NCBI GenBank assembly: GCA_002688015.1
Contig: NZBT01000006.1
Coordinates: forward strand, 915-64,914
Direction: 5' to 3'
DNA length: 64,000 bases
From: Candidatus Pacearchaeota archaeon
Lineage (GTDB): Archaea > Nanobdellota > Nanobdellia > Pacearchaeales > GW2011-AR1
Part shown: one piece after another, positions 8,648-17,823 of the stretch
Layout of the letters: every line of letters starts with the position of its first letter
Numbering within the stretch: the stretch's first letter is position 1
Made by a program: the position numbers and the translations under genes
The notes under the pieces: generated by a model
Told to the model about the DNA's origin: nothing
Seen by the model: only the letters and a program-made list of their open reading frames with translations
The model's database searches: none

Positions 8648-9754
8648 ATGGAAAAAAAGGGGATTATTATCATTTTAGTTTTGGCAATTATCATTGTTTT
8701 AGGTGTTTTTATTTGGAGTTTTTTGAGAATAGACTTAAGTCCTGACGTTGGGAGAGGGGAGATTGAAGAATGTAAAACTCTTAAGTATAATGGAGAGGGG
8801 AAAATAGATATTGTTTTTCTTTCTGATGGGGGGACCGCTAAGAAGTATTCAGATTATCTTTTGAATATTGATCCTTTTAAGGAGAATACAGAAGATTTTA
8901 ATTTTTATTATGTAGATGATTATGAGCCTGAGTGTGAGTTTTACAAAGACATTGCTTTATTGTGTTATAATAAAGAGGTTGTGAAGAAAGCGGGGAGCTG
9001 TCCAAATGATTATGTTGTTGTTGTTAGAGAAGAGAAGAGTAATATTAGAAGTTCAAGTTATATGAATGTTATGAGTTTGAATAGTAAACATAAACTGAAT
9101 GTGTTTCCACATGAGTTTGGGCATGCCTTTGCTAGTTTTGCAGAAGAGTATGTTCCAGGAAATATTCCTAAGAATGCAAAGAATTGTGTTGCTGAATGTG
9201 CTGATTTTCAAGGAGAAGAAGAAGGATGTTTTGAGGGATGTTCGAAAACAAACAGAATTAGAAGTGTGAATAATGGAGTAATGAGAAGTTTGAGTTCTGA
9301 TGATTTTGGCGATTTTAATGAGAAAATTTTACAAGAGAGAATTGATGAGAGTCTAGGAAAGCAAGGAGGGAGTATAACTGGAAGAGTTGGAGAAGTGTTT
9401 ACTGAATGTGTTGATCAAGAATATTATTTGTTAACATTAGAGAAGACAAGTGAGGGGATTGTTGAGAAGAAGAAAAATTTAGAAGTAGGTTGTCTTCCAG
9501 CTTTGAGCACAGGAAGTTATAGTTATAGTTTTTTGGGAGCTGAGGGTGGAGGGAATTTCGATCCTGAAAATTTATTTACTGTTGTGGAAGATGATTCTGG
9601 AGAGACTGGGGGAGAGACTTATAGTTATTTAGGAGAATTTTTACTTCCTGTTCCAATTGTAGACGGGGCAGAGGTGTTGAGAATAGACGATGGGGCTGGA
9701 ATTGTGCTTGAAGTAAATTTATTAGATGTTGATGCGAGGGCATGTAGAATATGA
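8648..9754 (+). CDS. Membrane-anchored zinc metallopeptidase, M64 (IgA-peptidase)-like
   Basis: N-terminal TM. IDIVFLSDGGT and PHEFGHAFASFAEEY (HExxH plus downstream EEY) resemble the M64 pattern HEFGHxFxxLxDEY. TATA-like ATTTATTTAAG lies about 30 nt upstream. Confidence 0.6.
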   Translation: MEKKGIIIILVLAIIIVLGVFIWSFLRIDLSPDVGRGEIEECKTLKYNGEGKIDIVFLSDGGTAKKYSDYLLNIDPFKENTEDFNFYYVDDYEPECEFYKDIALLCYNKEVVKKAGSCPNDYVVVVREEKSNIRSSSYMNVMSLNSKHKLNVFPHEFGHAFASFAEEYVPGNIPKNAKNCVAECADFQGEEEGCFEGCSKTNRIRSVNNGVMRSLSSDDFGDFNEKILQERIDESLGKQGGSITGRVGEVFTECVDQEYYLLTLEKTSEGIVEKKKNLEVGCLPALSTGSYSYSFLGAEGGGNFDPENLFTVVEDDSGETGGETYSYLGEFLLPVPIVDGAEVLRIDDGAGIVLEVNLLDVDARACRI

Positions 9755-10200
9755 AAAATAAGAAGGGAGTAAGTAATGTAGTATCTGTTGTTTTGATAAT
9801 CTTAGTTGCGCTTGTTGCAGTTTCTATTTTAAGTGTTTTCATTTATAATTTTGCTAAATCGCCTGGATTGTCGCCCCAATTAACTTGTTTTGAACTTGAT
9901 TCTGCTAGACCAATTAAGATTACTGATGTCTGTCATAATCAAGATAGTGAAGAGTTAGAAGTTTCTTTAGTAAGGATTGGAGATAATTTGGAATTTGAAA
10001 ATATCTATTTTCTTTCTACAAATGAAGGGGAGACAGAGAGATGGTGTTGCGGAGGAGATTGTGATGAATGTCAGATTTTGAATAAAGGGAGTAAGAAATA
10101 TTATCTTGATGCTTCTGGATTGGGTAGAGAAAAGTTGGATAAGATAGTTTTGACAGGGTTTGATTGTTCTCTTGACGAGAGGAAGATTGAAAATTGTTGA
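9751..10200 (+). CDS. Archaeal type IV pilin-like protein (class III signal peptide), Cys-rich C-terminal domain
   Basis: N-terminus MKNKKGVSNVVSVVLIILVALVAVSIL matches the archaeal pilin/archaellin-like KKG(V/L)S + hydrophobic helix pattern. Start overlaps the upstream stop (ATGA). C-terminal part carries WCCGGDCDECQ. Confidence 0.6.
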   Translation: MKNKKGVSNVVSVVLIILVALVAVSILSVFIYNFAKSPGLSPQLTCFELDSARPIKITDVCHNQDSEELEVSLVRIGDNLEFENIYFLSTNEGETERWCCGGDCDECQILNKGSKKYYLDASGLGREKLDKIVLTGFDCSLDERKIENC

Positions 10201-10261
10201 TTACTTCAAGAGAAATTGAAGTCAAAAAGAGGTTTAAATAGTACTTTTCTCTTTATCTGTT

Positions 10262-10900
10262 ATGAGTAAAAATACAATAAATGTGGATCTTGATGATCCG
10301 AGAATAGGAAAGATAGCTGATGTCATTTCAAATAAGACAGGTAAGAAAATACTTGGGGAGTTGGCAGAAGCTGGAAGTGAAGGACTTAGTGAGTCTGAGA
10401 TTTTGGAGAGGTTGAAAATTCCTGCTAATACAATTAATTATAATATTAAGAAATTAGAATCTGCTGGGCTTGTTGAGAAAGTTTCTGGGTTTTTGTGGAG
10501 TGTAAAGGGAAAGAGGATTCATAAGTATAGAGTGAGTAATAGGAAGATTGTTATTTCTCCTAAAACGGGAATGAAAGGGATCCTTCCGGCTGTGCTTGTT
10601 TCTGGGGTTTTGGCTTTAGGAATAAAGATTTTTGGTTTTGGAACAGAGAGTGTTGCTAGTCAAAATTTTATGGAGAAATCTGTGGATGTTGTTGCTGTTG
10701 AGTCTGCTCGTGTAGCTGAATCTGGAGGAAGTGTTGCAAGCGATTTAGGAATAGAAGCTGCAAAAAGTTTTGCTGAAGGTCCTGTAGAAGTTATGCAGGT
10801 TGCTTCTAGTAGTGGAGATATTGCTCTGTGGTTCTTTTTGGGAGCTTTAGTTGGATTATTAGTATTTTTGATATGGAGTTGGAGACAAAATGTTAAATAA
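10262..10900 (+). CDS. Membrane-associated winged-helix (ArsR-like) transcriptional regulator
   Basis: wHTH-like N-terminal part (LSESEILERLKIPANTINYNIKKLESAGLVEK), followed by hydrophobic segments (GILPAVLVSGVLALGIKIF; LWFFLGALVGLLVFLIWSW). Confidence 0.6.
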   Translation: MSKNTINVDLDDPRIGKIADVISNKTGKKILGELAEAGSEGLSESEILERLKIPANTINYNIKKLESAGLVEKVSGFLWSVKGKRIHKYRVSNRKIVISPKTGMKGILPAVLVSGVLALGIKIFGFGTESVASQNFMEKSVDVVAVESARVAESGGSVASDLGIEAAKSFAEGPVEVMQVASSSGDIALWFFLGALVGLLVFLIWSWRQNVK

Positions 10901-10926
10901 GAGGAGGAGTGAAAGGAGGATTAAAA

Positions 10927-11655
10927 ATGGATAATAAGATTATAGCAGGGATTTTGATAATAGGAATAATTGCAGTTGTAGCTTATCTTGGAACTGGGAC
11001 AGGCGGATCAATAGTTTCTGCTTCAGGAATTTCAAATTTAGATGTTGAGCCTGATTTAGCAGTAATTCATTTAGATTTAATTGGAAATGGAAATACGTCA
11101 AGTGCAGCCAAAGATGAGTTAGATATAATTTATGATGGTGTTGAGATTGCTCTTTTGAGAGCTGGTCTAGATAGAGATCAGATAAAGACTGAAGGTTTTA
11201 ACATATATCAAGATTATAGATATGAAAATCGTGTTAGGAAAGAGAATGGTTTTATTGCAAGACAGTCAATTGTTATAGAAACAGGAGATTTTGATTTAAC
11301 GACAAAGATTGTTGACGCCTCAATAGACAATGGAGCTTTAGTCCGTTGGATTAATTTCGAACTTTCTGAGGAAAAACAGAATGAATATAAAATAAGGGCT
11401 TTAGAAGAAGCTAGAAAAGATGCAAAGAAGAAAGCAGAAGCAACAGCTTCTGGACTTGGGAAGAGTTTAGGAAAGTTAGTTTCTGTAGAAAGTCAGGAAT
11501 TTAATTACGAGCCCTATAGATATTTTGATACTGCGATATTAGAAGAAGCTGGAGCAGGACAAGTTGCGGCTAAAGAAGCTGCAATTAATATAGATCCTAA
11601 GGATGTTGAAGTTACTGCAAGAATTGCTGTCAAGTATAAGTTAAGAAGCTTTTAG
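10927..11655 (+). CDS. SIMPL/DUF541-family secreted protein
   Basis: N-terminal TM/signal segment. Overall pattern with a C-terminal part ending IDPKDVEVTARIAVKYKL, as in SIMPL-domain proteins. ATG at 10927 preferred over the in-frame GTG at 10909. Confidence 0.6.
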   Translation: MDNKIIAGILIIGIIAVVAYLGTGTGGSIVSASGISNLDVEPDLAVIHLDLIGNGNTSSAAKDELDIIYDGVEIALLRAGLDRDQIKTEGFNIYQDYRYENRVRKENGFIARQSIVIETGDFDLTTKIVDASIDNGALVRWINFELSEEKQNEYKIRALEEARKDAKKKAEATASGLGKSLGKLVSVESQEFNYEPYRYFDTAILEEAGAGQVAAKEAAINIDPKDVEVTARIAVKYKLRSF

Positions 11656-11709
11656 TTGGGTATTTGGTTCAGCAGAGAGTTTTAAATACCCTTCCTTTTA
11701 TTTTAAATA

Positions 11710-12786
11710 ATGTTAACAAAAAAGCAGATTGAGGAGGTAAGAGAGCATTTGGAAAGGGCTCAGAATCCTGTTTTTTATTATGATAATGATTCTGACGGTC
11801 TTTGTAGTTTTGTTTTGTTTAGGAGAAAGTTCGATAAGGGAAAGGGAGTTGCTGTTAGAAGTTTTCCAGATTTAGATGTAAGATATGCGAAAAAAGCACA
11901 GGAATTAAATGCAGATTATGTTTTTATTTTGGATAAGCCAGATGTTTCAGAAGAATTTTTAGAGGAAATTAAAAATTTAGGATTACCTGTTGTTTGGATC
12001 GATCATCATGATATTCCTGGATTGAATGTGGAAAAAATGGAAAAGAAGTTTGATAATTTATATGTTTATAATTGGGCAAGAAATAAAGGGAAGGATAAAA
12101 GTGAAGAGCCAGTTACTTATTGGGCTTATAAGATTACTGAGAGAAAGGAAGATTTGTGGCTTGCGGTTTGTGGGTGTATAGCAGATAGTTATTTGCCTGA
12201 TTTTTCTTTGGAGTTTAAAGAGAAGTGGCCTGATTATTGGAGTCCAGCTGTAAAGACTGCTTTTGATGCTTATTTTGGAACGGAGATAGGGAAGATAGCG
12301 GAAGGTTTGAATTTTGGATTGAAAGATAGTACAAGTAATATTGTGAAGTTACAGAATTTTTTAGTTTCTGCTAAGGGGCCTGAAGAAATTTTTGAAGAGT
12401 CAAGTAAAAATTATGAGTTTAGAAAAAAATATAAAGAAATTAAGAAGAAATATGATGTTTTAATTGAGAAAGCTAAAGAGAAAGCGGAGGAGAAAATAAT
12501 TTTCTTTGAGTATTCTGGAGAGTTGAGTATAAGTTCTGAGGTTAGTAATAGAATTTTTTATTTTTATCCTGATAAGTATACTGTTATCGCGTTTAAGAAA
12601 GGAGGAATCAGTAATCTTTCTTTGAGAGGAGAAGATGTTAGAGGAATTTTAGAGAAAGTTTTGAATTCAGGGGAATTTGAAGGAGCTACAGGAGGGGGGC
12701 ATGAGAAAGCTGTTGGAGCGAGAATTAAAACGGAAGATTTAAAGAAGTTTAAGGAAATGATTGAGAAGGAGATAGAGAGAAAATAG
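11710..12786 (+). CDS. DHH/DHHA1 phosphoesterase (RecJ/NrnA-like), paralog 1
   Basis: Motifs YYDNDSDGLCS, VVWIDHHD (DHH) and C-terminal GGGHEKAVGA (DHHA1 GGGH). Confidence 0.8.
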   Translation: MLTKKQIEEVREHLERAQNPVFYYDNDSDGLCSFVLFRRKFDKGKGVAVRSFPDLDVRYAKKAQELNADYVFILDKPDVSEEFLEEIKNLGLPVVWIDHHDIPGLNVEKMEKKFDNLYVYNWARNKGKDKSEEPVTYWAYKITERKEDLWLAVCGCIADSYLPDFSLEFKEKWPDYWSPAVKTAFDAYFGTEIGKIAEGLNFGLKDSTSNIVKLQNFLVSAKGPEEIFEESSKNYEFRKKYKEIKKKYDVLIEKAKEKAEEKIIFFEYSGELSISSEVSNRIFYFYPDKYTVIAFKKGGISNLSLRGEDVRGILEKVLNSGEFEGATGGGHEKAVGARIKTEDLKKFKEMIEKEIERK

Positions 12787-12789
12787 AAA

Positions 12790-12852
12790 ATGAAGCAGAC
12801 AGGAAATCCGCTAATTTTCCATTTTCGGAAATGGAAGGAAAATAGAAAATGA
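12790..12852 (+). promoter_or_regulatory. Conserved leader element copy 2: 20-codon upstream ORF (MKQTGNPLIFHFRKWKENRK) with ATGA overlap to the 12849 start
   Basis: ATG at 12790, four nt after the DHH gene stop. TGA at 12850-12852 overlaps the ATG at 12849-12851. Core AAGCAGACAGGAAATCCGCTAATTTTCCATTTTC matches copy 1. Confidence 0.5.
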
Positions 12853-13877
12853 AAGAAATTAAGATTGAAGTTTATGGAAGAGTGCAGGGAGTCAGATTTA
12901 GAAATGTAATAAAAGGAATTGCTGACTCATTAGATGTTAAAGGATATGTTAGGAATAGAGAGATTGGAGGTGTTGTGATAGTTGCTCAAGGGAGCGAGGG
13001 AAAGTTAAAGAGTTTTTTAGAAGAAATTAATAGAAGTCCTGGGCTTTCTAAAGTTGAGCAAGTTGAGTGGAAATGGCATGAGCAAAGTATAGAATATAAA
13101 GAGTTTAGTATAGAGAAAGATAAAGGTTTTATCGAAGATCAGATTAAGAGCTTTAAGAATTTGGGGAAGACTTTGATTGGGAGGAATTTTGGAATAGTGC
13201 CAGAGCATGTCGTTATTATTCCAGATGGAAATAGGAGATGGGCTAAGGAAAAAGGATTAAGTGGGAGTGAAGGACATATTAAGGCTGCTGCTTTTGAGAA
13301 TTTGATAAGTTTGTTTGATGAGAGCATGAATATGGGAATAAAATATGCTTCTTTGTGGGCTTTTTCTACTGAGAATTGGAAAAGAAATGAAAGAGAAAAG
13401 AAAGTTCTTTTTTCTTTGTTGAGAGGTTTAGTCGATCAGTTAGGAGAATATTTGGAGAAGAATGAAGTTAGGTTTAGACATATTGGAAGGAAAGATAGGC
13501 TTCCTAAAAATTTGATTGAAGATTTACAAAATTTAGAGAAAAAAACTGAAAAGCACAATAACTTCAATGTTTCTTTGCTTTTGGACTATGGGGGGAGAGA
13601 TGAGATTGTTAGAGTGGTTAATAAATTATTAAAACAAGGAAAGAATGAAATAACTGAAGAAGAGATTTGTAAACATTTAGATACATTTGATATTCCTGAT
13701 CCTGATTTGATTATTAGAACTTCAGGGGAGCAGAGAACATCAGGATTACTACCTTGGCAGTCTACATATTCTGAACTTTATTTTGCTGATGTTTATTTTC
13801 CTGATTTTGATGTTAAGGAATTTAAGAAATCAATTGAGGAATTTTCAAAAAGAAAGAGAACTTTTGGCGGGAATTGA
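12849..13877 (+). CDS. uppS: Acylphosphatase domain fused to cis-prenyltransferase (undecaprenyl/dehydrodolichyl diphosphate synthase)
   Basis: The N-terminal ~90 aa carry both acylphosphatase signatures (VYGRVQGVRFR; GYVRNREIGGVVIVAQG). The remainder carries UppS motifs HVVIIPDGNRRWA, FSTENWKR and IRTSGEQRTSGLLPWQSTYSELYF. Confidence 0.9.
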   Translation: MKEIKIEVYGRVQGVRFRNVIKGIADSLDVKGYVRNREIGGVVIVAQGSEGKLKSFLEEINRSPGLSKVEQVEWKWHEQSIEYKEFSIEKDKGFIEDQIKSFKNLGKTLIGRNFGIVPEHVVIIPDGNRRWAKEKGLSGSEGHIKAAAFENLISLFDESMNMGIKYASLWAFSTENWKRNEREKKVLFSLLRGLVDQLGEYLEKNEVRFRHIGRKDRLPKNLIEDLQNLEKKTEKHNNFNVSLLLDYGGRDEIVRVVNKLLKQGKNEITEEEICKHLDTFDIPDPDLIIRTSGEQRTSGLLPWQSTYSELYFADVYFPDFDVKEFKKSIEEFSKRKRTFGGN

Positions 13878-13916
13878 GATAATAATGTTTATAAATGTCT
13901 TATGGTTCTAATTAAT

Positions 13917-15170
13917 ATGAAAATCGAGGTGAATGTTACTAAGAGATATTTCTTTAGTATTCTTGCTGTTGTTTTGATTGTTGGGGCTGTTATAGGAGTT
14001 GTAGCCTTTAATTCTCCTTATGATGATCCAGAGACTTTGGGGCATAGCCAAGATGAGTTGGAGATAGAATATGAAATTGGAAATGTGATTTATAGTTTAG
14101 AAGAGATTATTTATGAGATAGCTAACGTGCTTAATTTATTTGGTGTGGCTCCTGCTCCAAATAGTCGTATAGAATTTGTGGAAGATTTTGTTAATGCTCA
14201 TACGAAGAGCGATATTGGGCATCCTGGAGTAGAAGTCTTTTCTCCAGGCAGTGGTTATGACTTTTATTTGCTTGGAACAGTTCATCCAAATGAGATGTTT
14301 GATGTTTCTGTTGTTTTGAATGCGAACAGTCGTGATTTTCATGAGTTTACTAGTTTTTCTTTTGGATTATTTGATCCGACTAAAATAACCGGTTCAAATA
14401 TTGATTTAACTAGTAGTTATCCTAAGATGAAGAAGATTGCTTTTGATTTGAAGGAGAATGGAAGAACGAGTGTTGACGCAGGCGATACTTGGCTTGCTAC
14501 TACTAGATCATCCACTACAACTGAATTACATACAAAGGAAGTTACAGATAAAGTTCTGAATTTAGAGGATGAATGGGTTGAGTTCAGAATTAAAAGAAAT
14601 GGGGAAACTAATGAGATAGATTATTATATTAATGGATTAGTAGTTGCAAGTATTGATACCAATCTTCCTGTTGTTCCAGGAGATCCTACTGAAGATAATA
14701 CAGGTCTGAGGGTAGGGATAGTTTCGTCTCATGACATCGATATTGACTTATTTAGAATTAGTGTTGATAAATTGGCTACCAGGACGGATGATTTAGTATG
14801 CGAGACAAAGATTTATGATTCTGGGCCTGATGTTTCTGAAAAGCCAGGGTATGGAGTTCTGGATGTGCCTGCTAATTGTTTTGGAGCAACAGGATGTAGA
14901 ATTGTTCAAGAGTATTACAATACTAATGGACTGATAGATACATATTATTATAGATATGGGCAGGAAGGCAATATTTGGACGAGCACACATCAAGAATCTA
15001 GAGCATATACAAATGGAGATTCTAGTAGCAAGGATATAATTGCTTCTAAACAGAGTAGCACAATTTTATTAAGAGATGACCATAGTAATGATAACGCAGA
15101 AGAAGAGGATGATCAATGGTCAGTTAGAGATGATTCTAGAGCAAGAAGTCAGAAGATATTTGTTTGTTAA
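13917..15170 (+). CDS. Secreted/membrane-anchored protein of unknown function
   Basis: N-terminal TM (YFFSILAVVLIVGAVIGVVAF) and a long non-hydrophobic ectodomain ending ...KIFVC. ATG at 13917 sits about 26 nt after TATA GTTTATAAATG, so it is preferred over 13902. Confidence 0.65.
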   Translation: MKIEVNVTKRYFFSILAVVLIVGAVIGVVAFNSPYDDPETLGHSQDELEIEYEIGNVIYSLEEIIYEIANVLNLFGVAPAPNSRIEFVEDFVNAHTKSDIGHPGVEVFSPGSGYDFYLLGTVHPNEMFDVSVVLNANSRDFHEFTSFSFGLFDPTKITGSNIDLTSSYPKMKKIAFDLKENGRTSVDAGDTWLATTRSSTTTELHTKEVTDKVLNLEDEWVEFRIKRNGETNEIDYYINGLVVASIDTNLPVVPGDPTEDNTGLRVGIVSSHDIDIDLFRISVDKLATRTDDLVCETKIYDSGPDVSEKPGYGVLDVPANCFGATGCRIVQEYYNTNGLIDTYYYRYGQEGNIWTSTHQESRAYTNGDSSSKDIIASKQSSTILLRDDHSNDNAEEEDDQWSVRDDSRARSQKIFVC

Positions 15171-15217
15171 TTTTCTTATTTGAGAAGTTTTTTATAGTAT
15201 CTTGGATTTAAGAGGGT

Positions 15218-16603
15218 ATGAAATTTGTTAATGTGGTTAAGGGAATGATTGGATTAGAGATACATGCTTATCCTATTACTAAGGAGAAATTGTTTTGTCG
15301 TTGTGCTGCTCGTAGAGGGAAAGGTTTGAAGGCAAATAGTTATATTTGCCCAATTTGTACTGGGCAGCCTGGGGCGAAACCAGAGTTAGCGAATAAGGCT
15401 GCTGTTGAGAAAGCTGTATTGATAGGGCTGATGTTAGGTTGTTCTATAGAAAAGGATTGGAAATGGCAGAGAAAGCATTATGATTGGCCAGATATGCCTA
15501 AGGGATTTCAGAACACAATTAGCGGAGGTTTATCAAAATCTGTTGGGAAAAATGGAAAGTTTCATGGAATAAAAATAAGAAGTATGCATTTAGAAGAAGA
15601 TCCTGCTGCTTGGAATCCGGAAACAGGGGAAATAGATTATAACCGTTCAGGTTTACCTTTGGTTGAAATAATTACAGATCCCGACTTTAAGGATGCAGAA
15701 AGTGTCATGGGCTGGCTTAAAAAGTTGATTGCTAATCTTGGATATTTGAAATCTATTGATAAAGATGCAGGAATTAAAGTTGATGTTAATGTTTCTATTC
15801 CTGGAAAAAGCGAAAGGACGGAGATAAAGAACATAAACAGTATTGAAAATATTGGGAAAGCAATTGAATATGAATTGAAAAGACAAGGGAAGGAAGGAGG
15901 AAAGGAAAAGGAAACAAGAAGATTTGATGCGGGGAAGGGGAAGACAGAGGTTATGAGGCAGAAAGAAGGACAGGATGATTATAGGTTTATTACAGATCCT
16001 GATTTGCAAGATGTGAAAATTACAGAGAAGTTTATTTCTGAAATAGAAAAGAAATTGCCTGAGACACCAGAAGAAAAGTTGAAAAAACTTGTTAAGAAGT
16101 ATAAAATTGGTAAGGGAGATGCTGATGTTCTTGCTAAGAATATTGATGTTGTTGAATTTTTTGAGGCAGTCATGGGGGAGACAAGAGTCAAGAAAGAGAA
16201 AGTACTTTCATGGGTGACAGGGGAACTGTTGAGGCATTTGAATTATAACAAAACGAGTCTTGATGGTTTAGATATAAAAGTTGAACATTTTGTTAGTTTG
16301 CTTGAACTTGTTGATTCCGGAAAGATTACAGAGCAACAGGGGAAAAAGATTTTGGATAAATTTATTCCAAAGAGTTTTGATCCAAAGAAAGAGATAAAAG
16401 GAAAGGGAAAGATAAGTGGAGAGGGAGAATTAGGAAAAGTTGTTGAAAAAGTTATAGGCAAGAATGGAAAGGCAGTTGAAGATTACGGGGCTGGAGAAGA
16501 AAAAGCATTACATTTCTTAATTGGGCAAGTAATGAGAGAGACTGCGGGAAGAGCAGATACAGAGATTGTTAGGAAATTGTTGAAAAAGAAGTTGAAGGAT
16601 TAA
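15218..16603 (+). CDS. gatB: Asp/Glu-tRNA amidotransferase subunit B
   Basis: GLEIHAY...KLFCRC...ICPICTGQPGAKPELN...RKHYDWPDMPKGFQNT and a YqeY-like tail (LIGQVMRETAGRAD). Confidence 0.9.
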   Translation: MKFVNVVKGMIGLEIHAYPITKEKLFCRCAARRGKGLKANSYICPICTGQPGAKPELANKAAVEKAVLIGLMLGCSIEKDWKWQRKHYDWPDMPKGFQNTISGGLSKSVGKNGKFHGIKIRSMHLEEDPAAWNPETGEIDYNRSGLPLVEIITDPDFKDAESVMGWLKKLIANLGYLKSIDKDAGIKVDVNVSIPGKSERTEIKNINSIENIGKAIEYELKRQGKEGGKEKETRRFDAGKGKTEVMRQKEGQDDYRFITDPDLQDVKITEKFISEIEKKLPETPEEKLKKLVKKYKIGKGDADVLAKNIDVVEFFEAVMGETRVKKEKVLSWVTGELLRHLNYNKTSLDGLDIKVEHFVSLLELVDSGKITEQQGKKILDKFIPKSFDPKKEIKGKGKISGEGELGKVVEKVIGKNGKAVEDYGAGEEKALHFLIGQVMRETAGRADTEIVRKLLKKKLKD

Positions 16604-17721
16604 ATTACGTTTGCTATTTCAAATATTGCACCTATTGTGAAAATCGCTATTAGAATCCATGTCAGGAGTTTTGAATAGGGCATGGAGTATTCTGGAACAC
16701 GTTTTCCTTTTTGTTTTGCTGATTTTATCATTAATAGGATTAGAATTGCTGTTAATCCTCCTGAAAGAGCCCCGCCGATACCAAGAGCTTTGCTGAATGA
16801 GGATAGGGAAAATAGTTCTAAGAAAACAAAAAAGGCAAGAGGTGGAAGAGAGGTTAGGAGCCATGCTTTGTTTTTAGAGAAATTATAATCAAATTTTAAA
16901 GTATCTATCATGGCGATGGAAAGGCCGAGATAGGAAGTAAGCATTGTGAACATTCCCAATAGGATAAAGATTTTTCCGAGAGAGAGGGTTGCGATTTCTG
17001 TTGTTCCAAGGCCTTGAGAGCCGAGAACAACAAAGGTAAAGACAGTGTAGATTAGAAAGATTAAGATGTATGCAGTTATTAGGGATTTGAAAACAGATTT
17101 CTTGTTGTTTTTTAAAATTCTTTCAACTTCTGGCGTCGCTGCAAATCCGAGGTAAGCAAATAAGATTACTCCGAATGGAACAAAGAAGTTTTGAGGATTT
17201 ATGTATGAAATGTTTTGTGGGGAAATATTTTTCCAAGTGAGGACAGCGATTGCAACTATTAGAATTATTATTGCGGAGACACCGAGTTTTTCTCCTTGTT
17301 CGAGAGATTTTAAACCACGATAAGTTACTAAAGAGAGAATAAGCCAGAAGGCAAATCCTAATGAGAGAGAATACTTTGCAGAATCAAAGAAAATGAACGA
17401 AAGGGACTGAGATTCTCCTATTAAATAAGCTATTAGAGCTGCATATATTCCGAATGCGAAGGCTAGAATCATTAAATTTTTCCCTTTTTTCCCTAGATAG
17501 AGTTCTGCATATCCAGGAAGTTGATGATTTTTCTTTGTTCTTAATCCGATTTCTCCTAGATAGAGGACGGTTAGTAAGACAAGGGCTCCTATCACAATTA
17601 AGTGGACTAAAGCAATAGGAAAACCGGAAAGGGAGGCAACATAAGGGATTCCTAGGATTCCTGCACCTATGGCCGTTCCCATAAGAGTTGCTATTGCTGT
17701 GAATGTTTTTACTTTAGACAT
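16600..17721 (-). CDS. Amino acid permease (about 11 TM helices)
   Basis: N-terminus TAIATLMGTAIGAGILGIPYV is typical of the aromatic/neutral amino acid transporter family. Highly hydrophobic, 373 aa. Confidence 0.7.
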   Translation of the reverse strand: MSKVKTFTAIATLMGTAIGAGILGIPYVASLSGFPIALVHLIVIGALVLLTVLYLGEIGLRTKKNHQLPGYAELYLGKKGKNLMILAFAFGIYAALIAYLIGESQSLSFIFFDSAKYSLSLGFAFWLILSLVTYRGLKSLEQGEKLGVSAIIILIVAIAVLTWKNISPQNISYINPQNFFVPFGVILFAYLGFAATPEVERILKNNKKSVFKSLITAYILIFLIYTVFTFVVLGSQGLGTTEIATLSLGKIFILLGMFTMLTSYLGLSIAMIDTLKFDYNFSKNKAWLLTSLPPLAFFVFLELFSLSSFSKALGIGGALSGGLTAILILLMIKSAKQKGKRVPEYSMPYSKLLTWILIAIFTIGAIFEIANVI

Positions 17722-17823
17722 AGGGCCTCTTTTCTATTTTTTTTAGGATAGGAAGGTTTTTAATACTTTTTTTGACTGTTACTTTCGACTTACTCTTGCT
17801 GAAGACAGGAGAGGTAAGCGAAT

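Noticed and set aside
13917-15170. Possible diversity-generating retroelement target (Asn/Tyr/Ser/Thr-rich C-terminal region YYNTNGLIDTYYYRYGQEGNIW...)
   Set aside because: No reverse transcriptase ORF (no YxDD-type motif in a plausible RT context) and no template-repeat copy of this region were found by eye in the window. The C-terminus does not resemble the usual CLec/FGE-type variable region.
15514-15523. AATTAGCGGA within gatB, matching the reverse complement of the leader core (AATTAGCGGA...)
   Set aside because: Only 10 nt match, the flanking sequence diverges immediately, and the site is inside a conserved coding region. This is a chance match.
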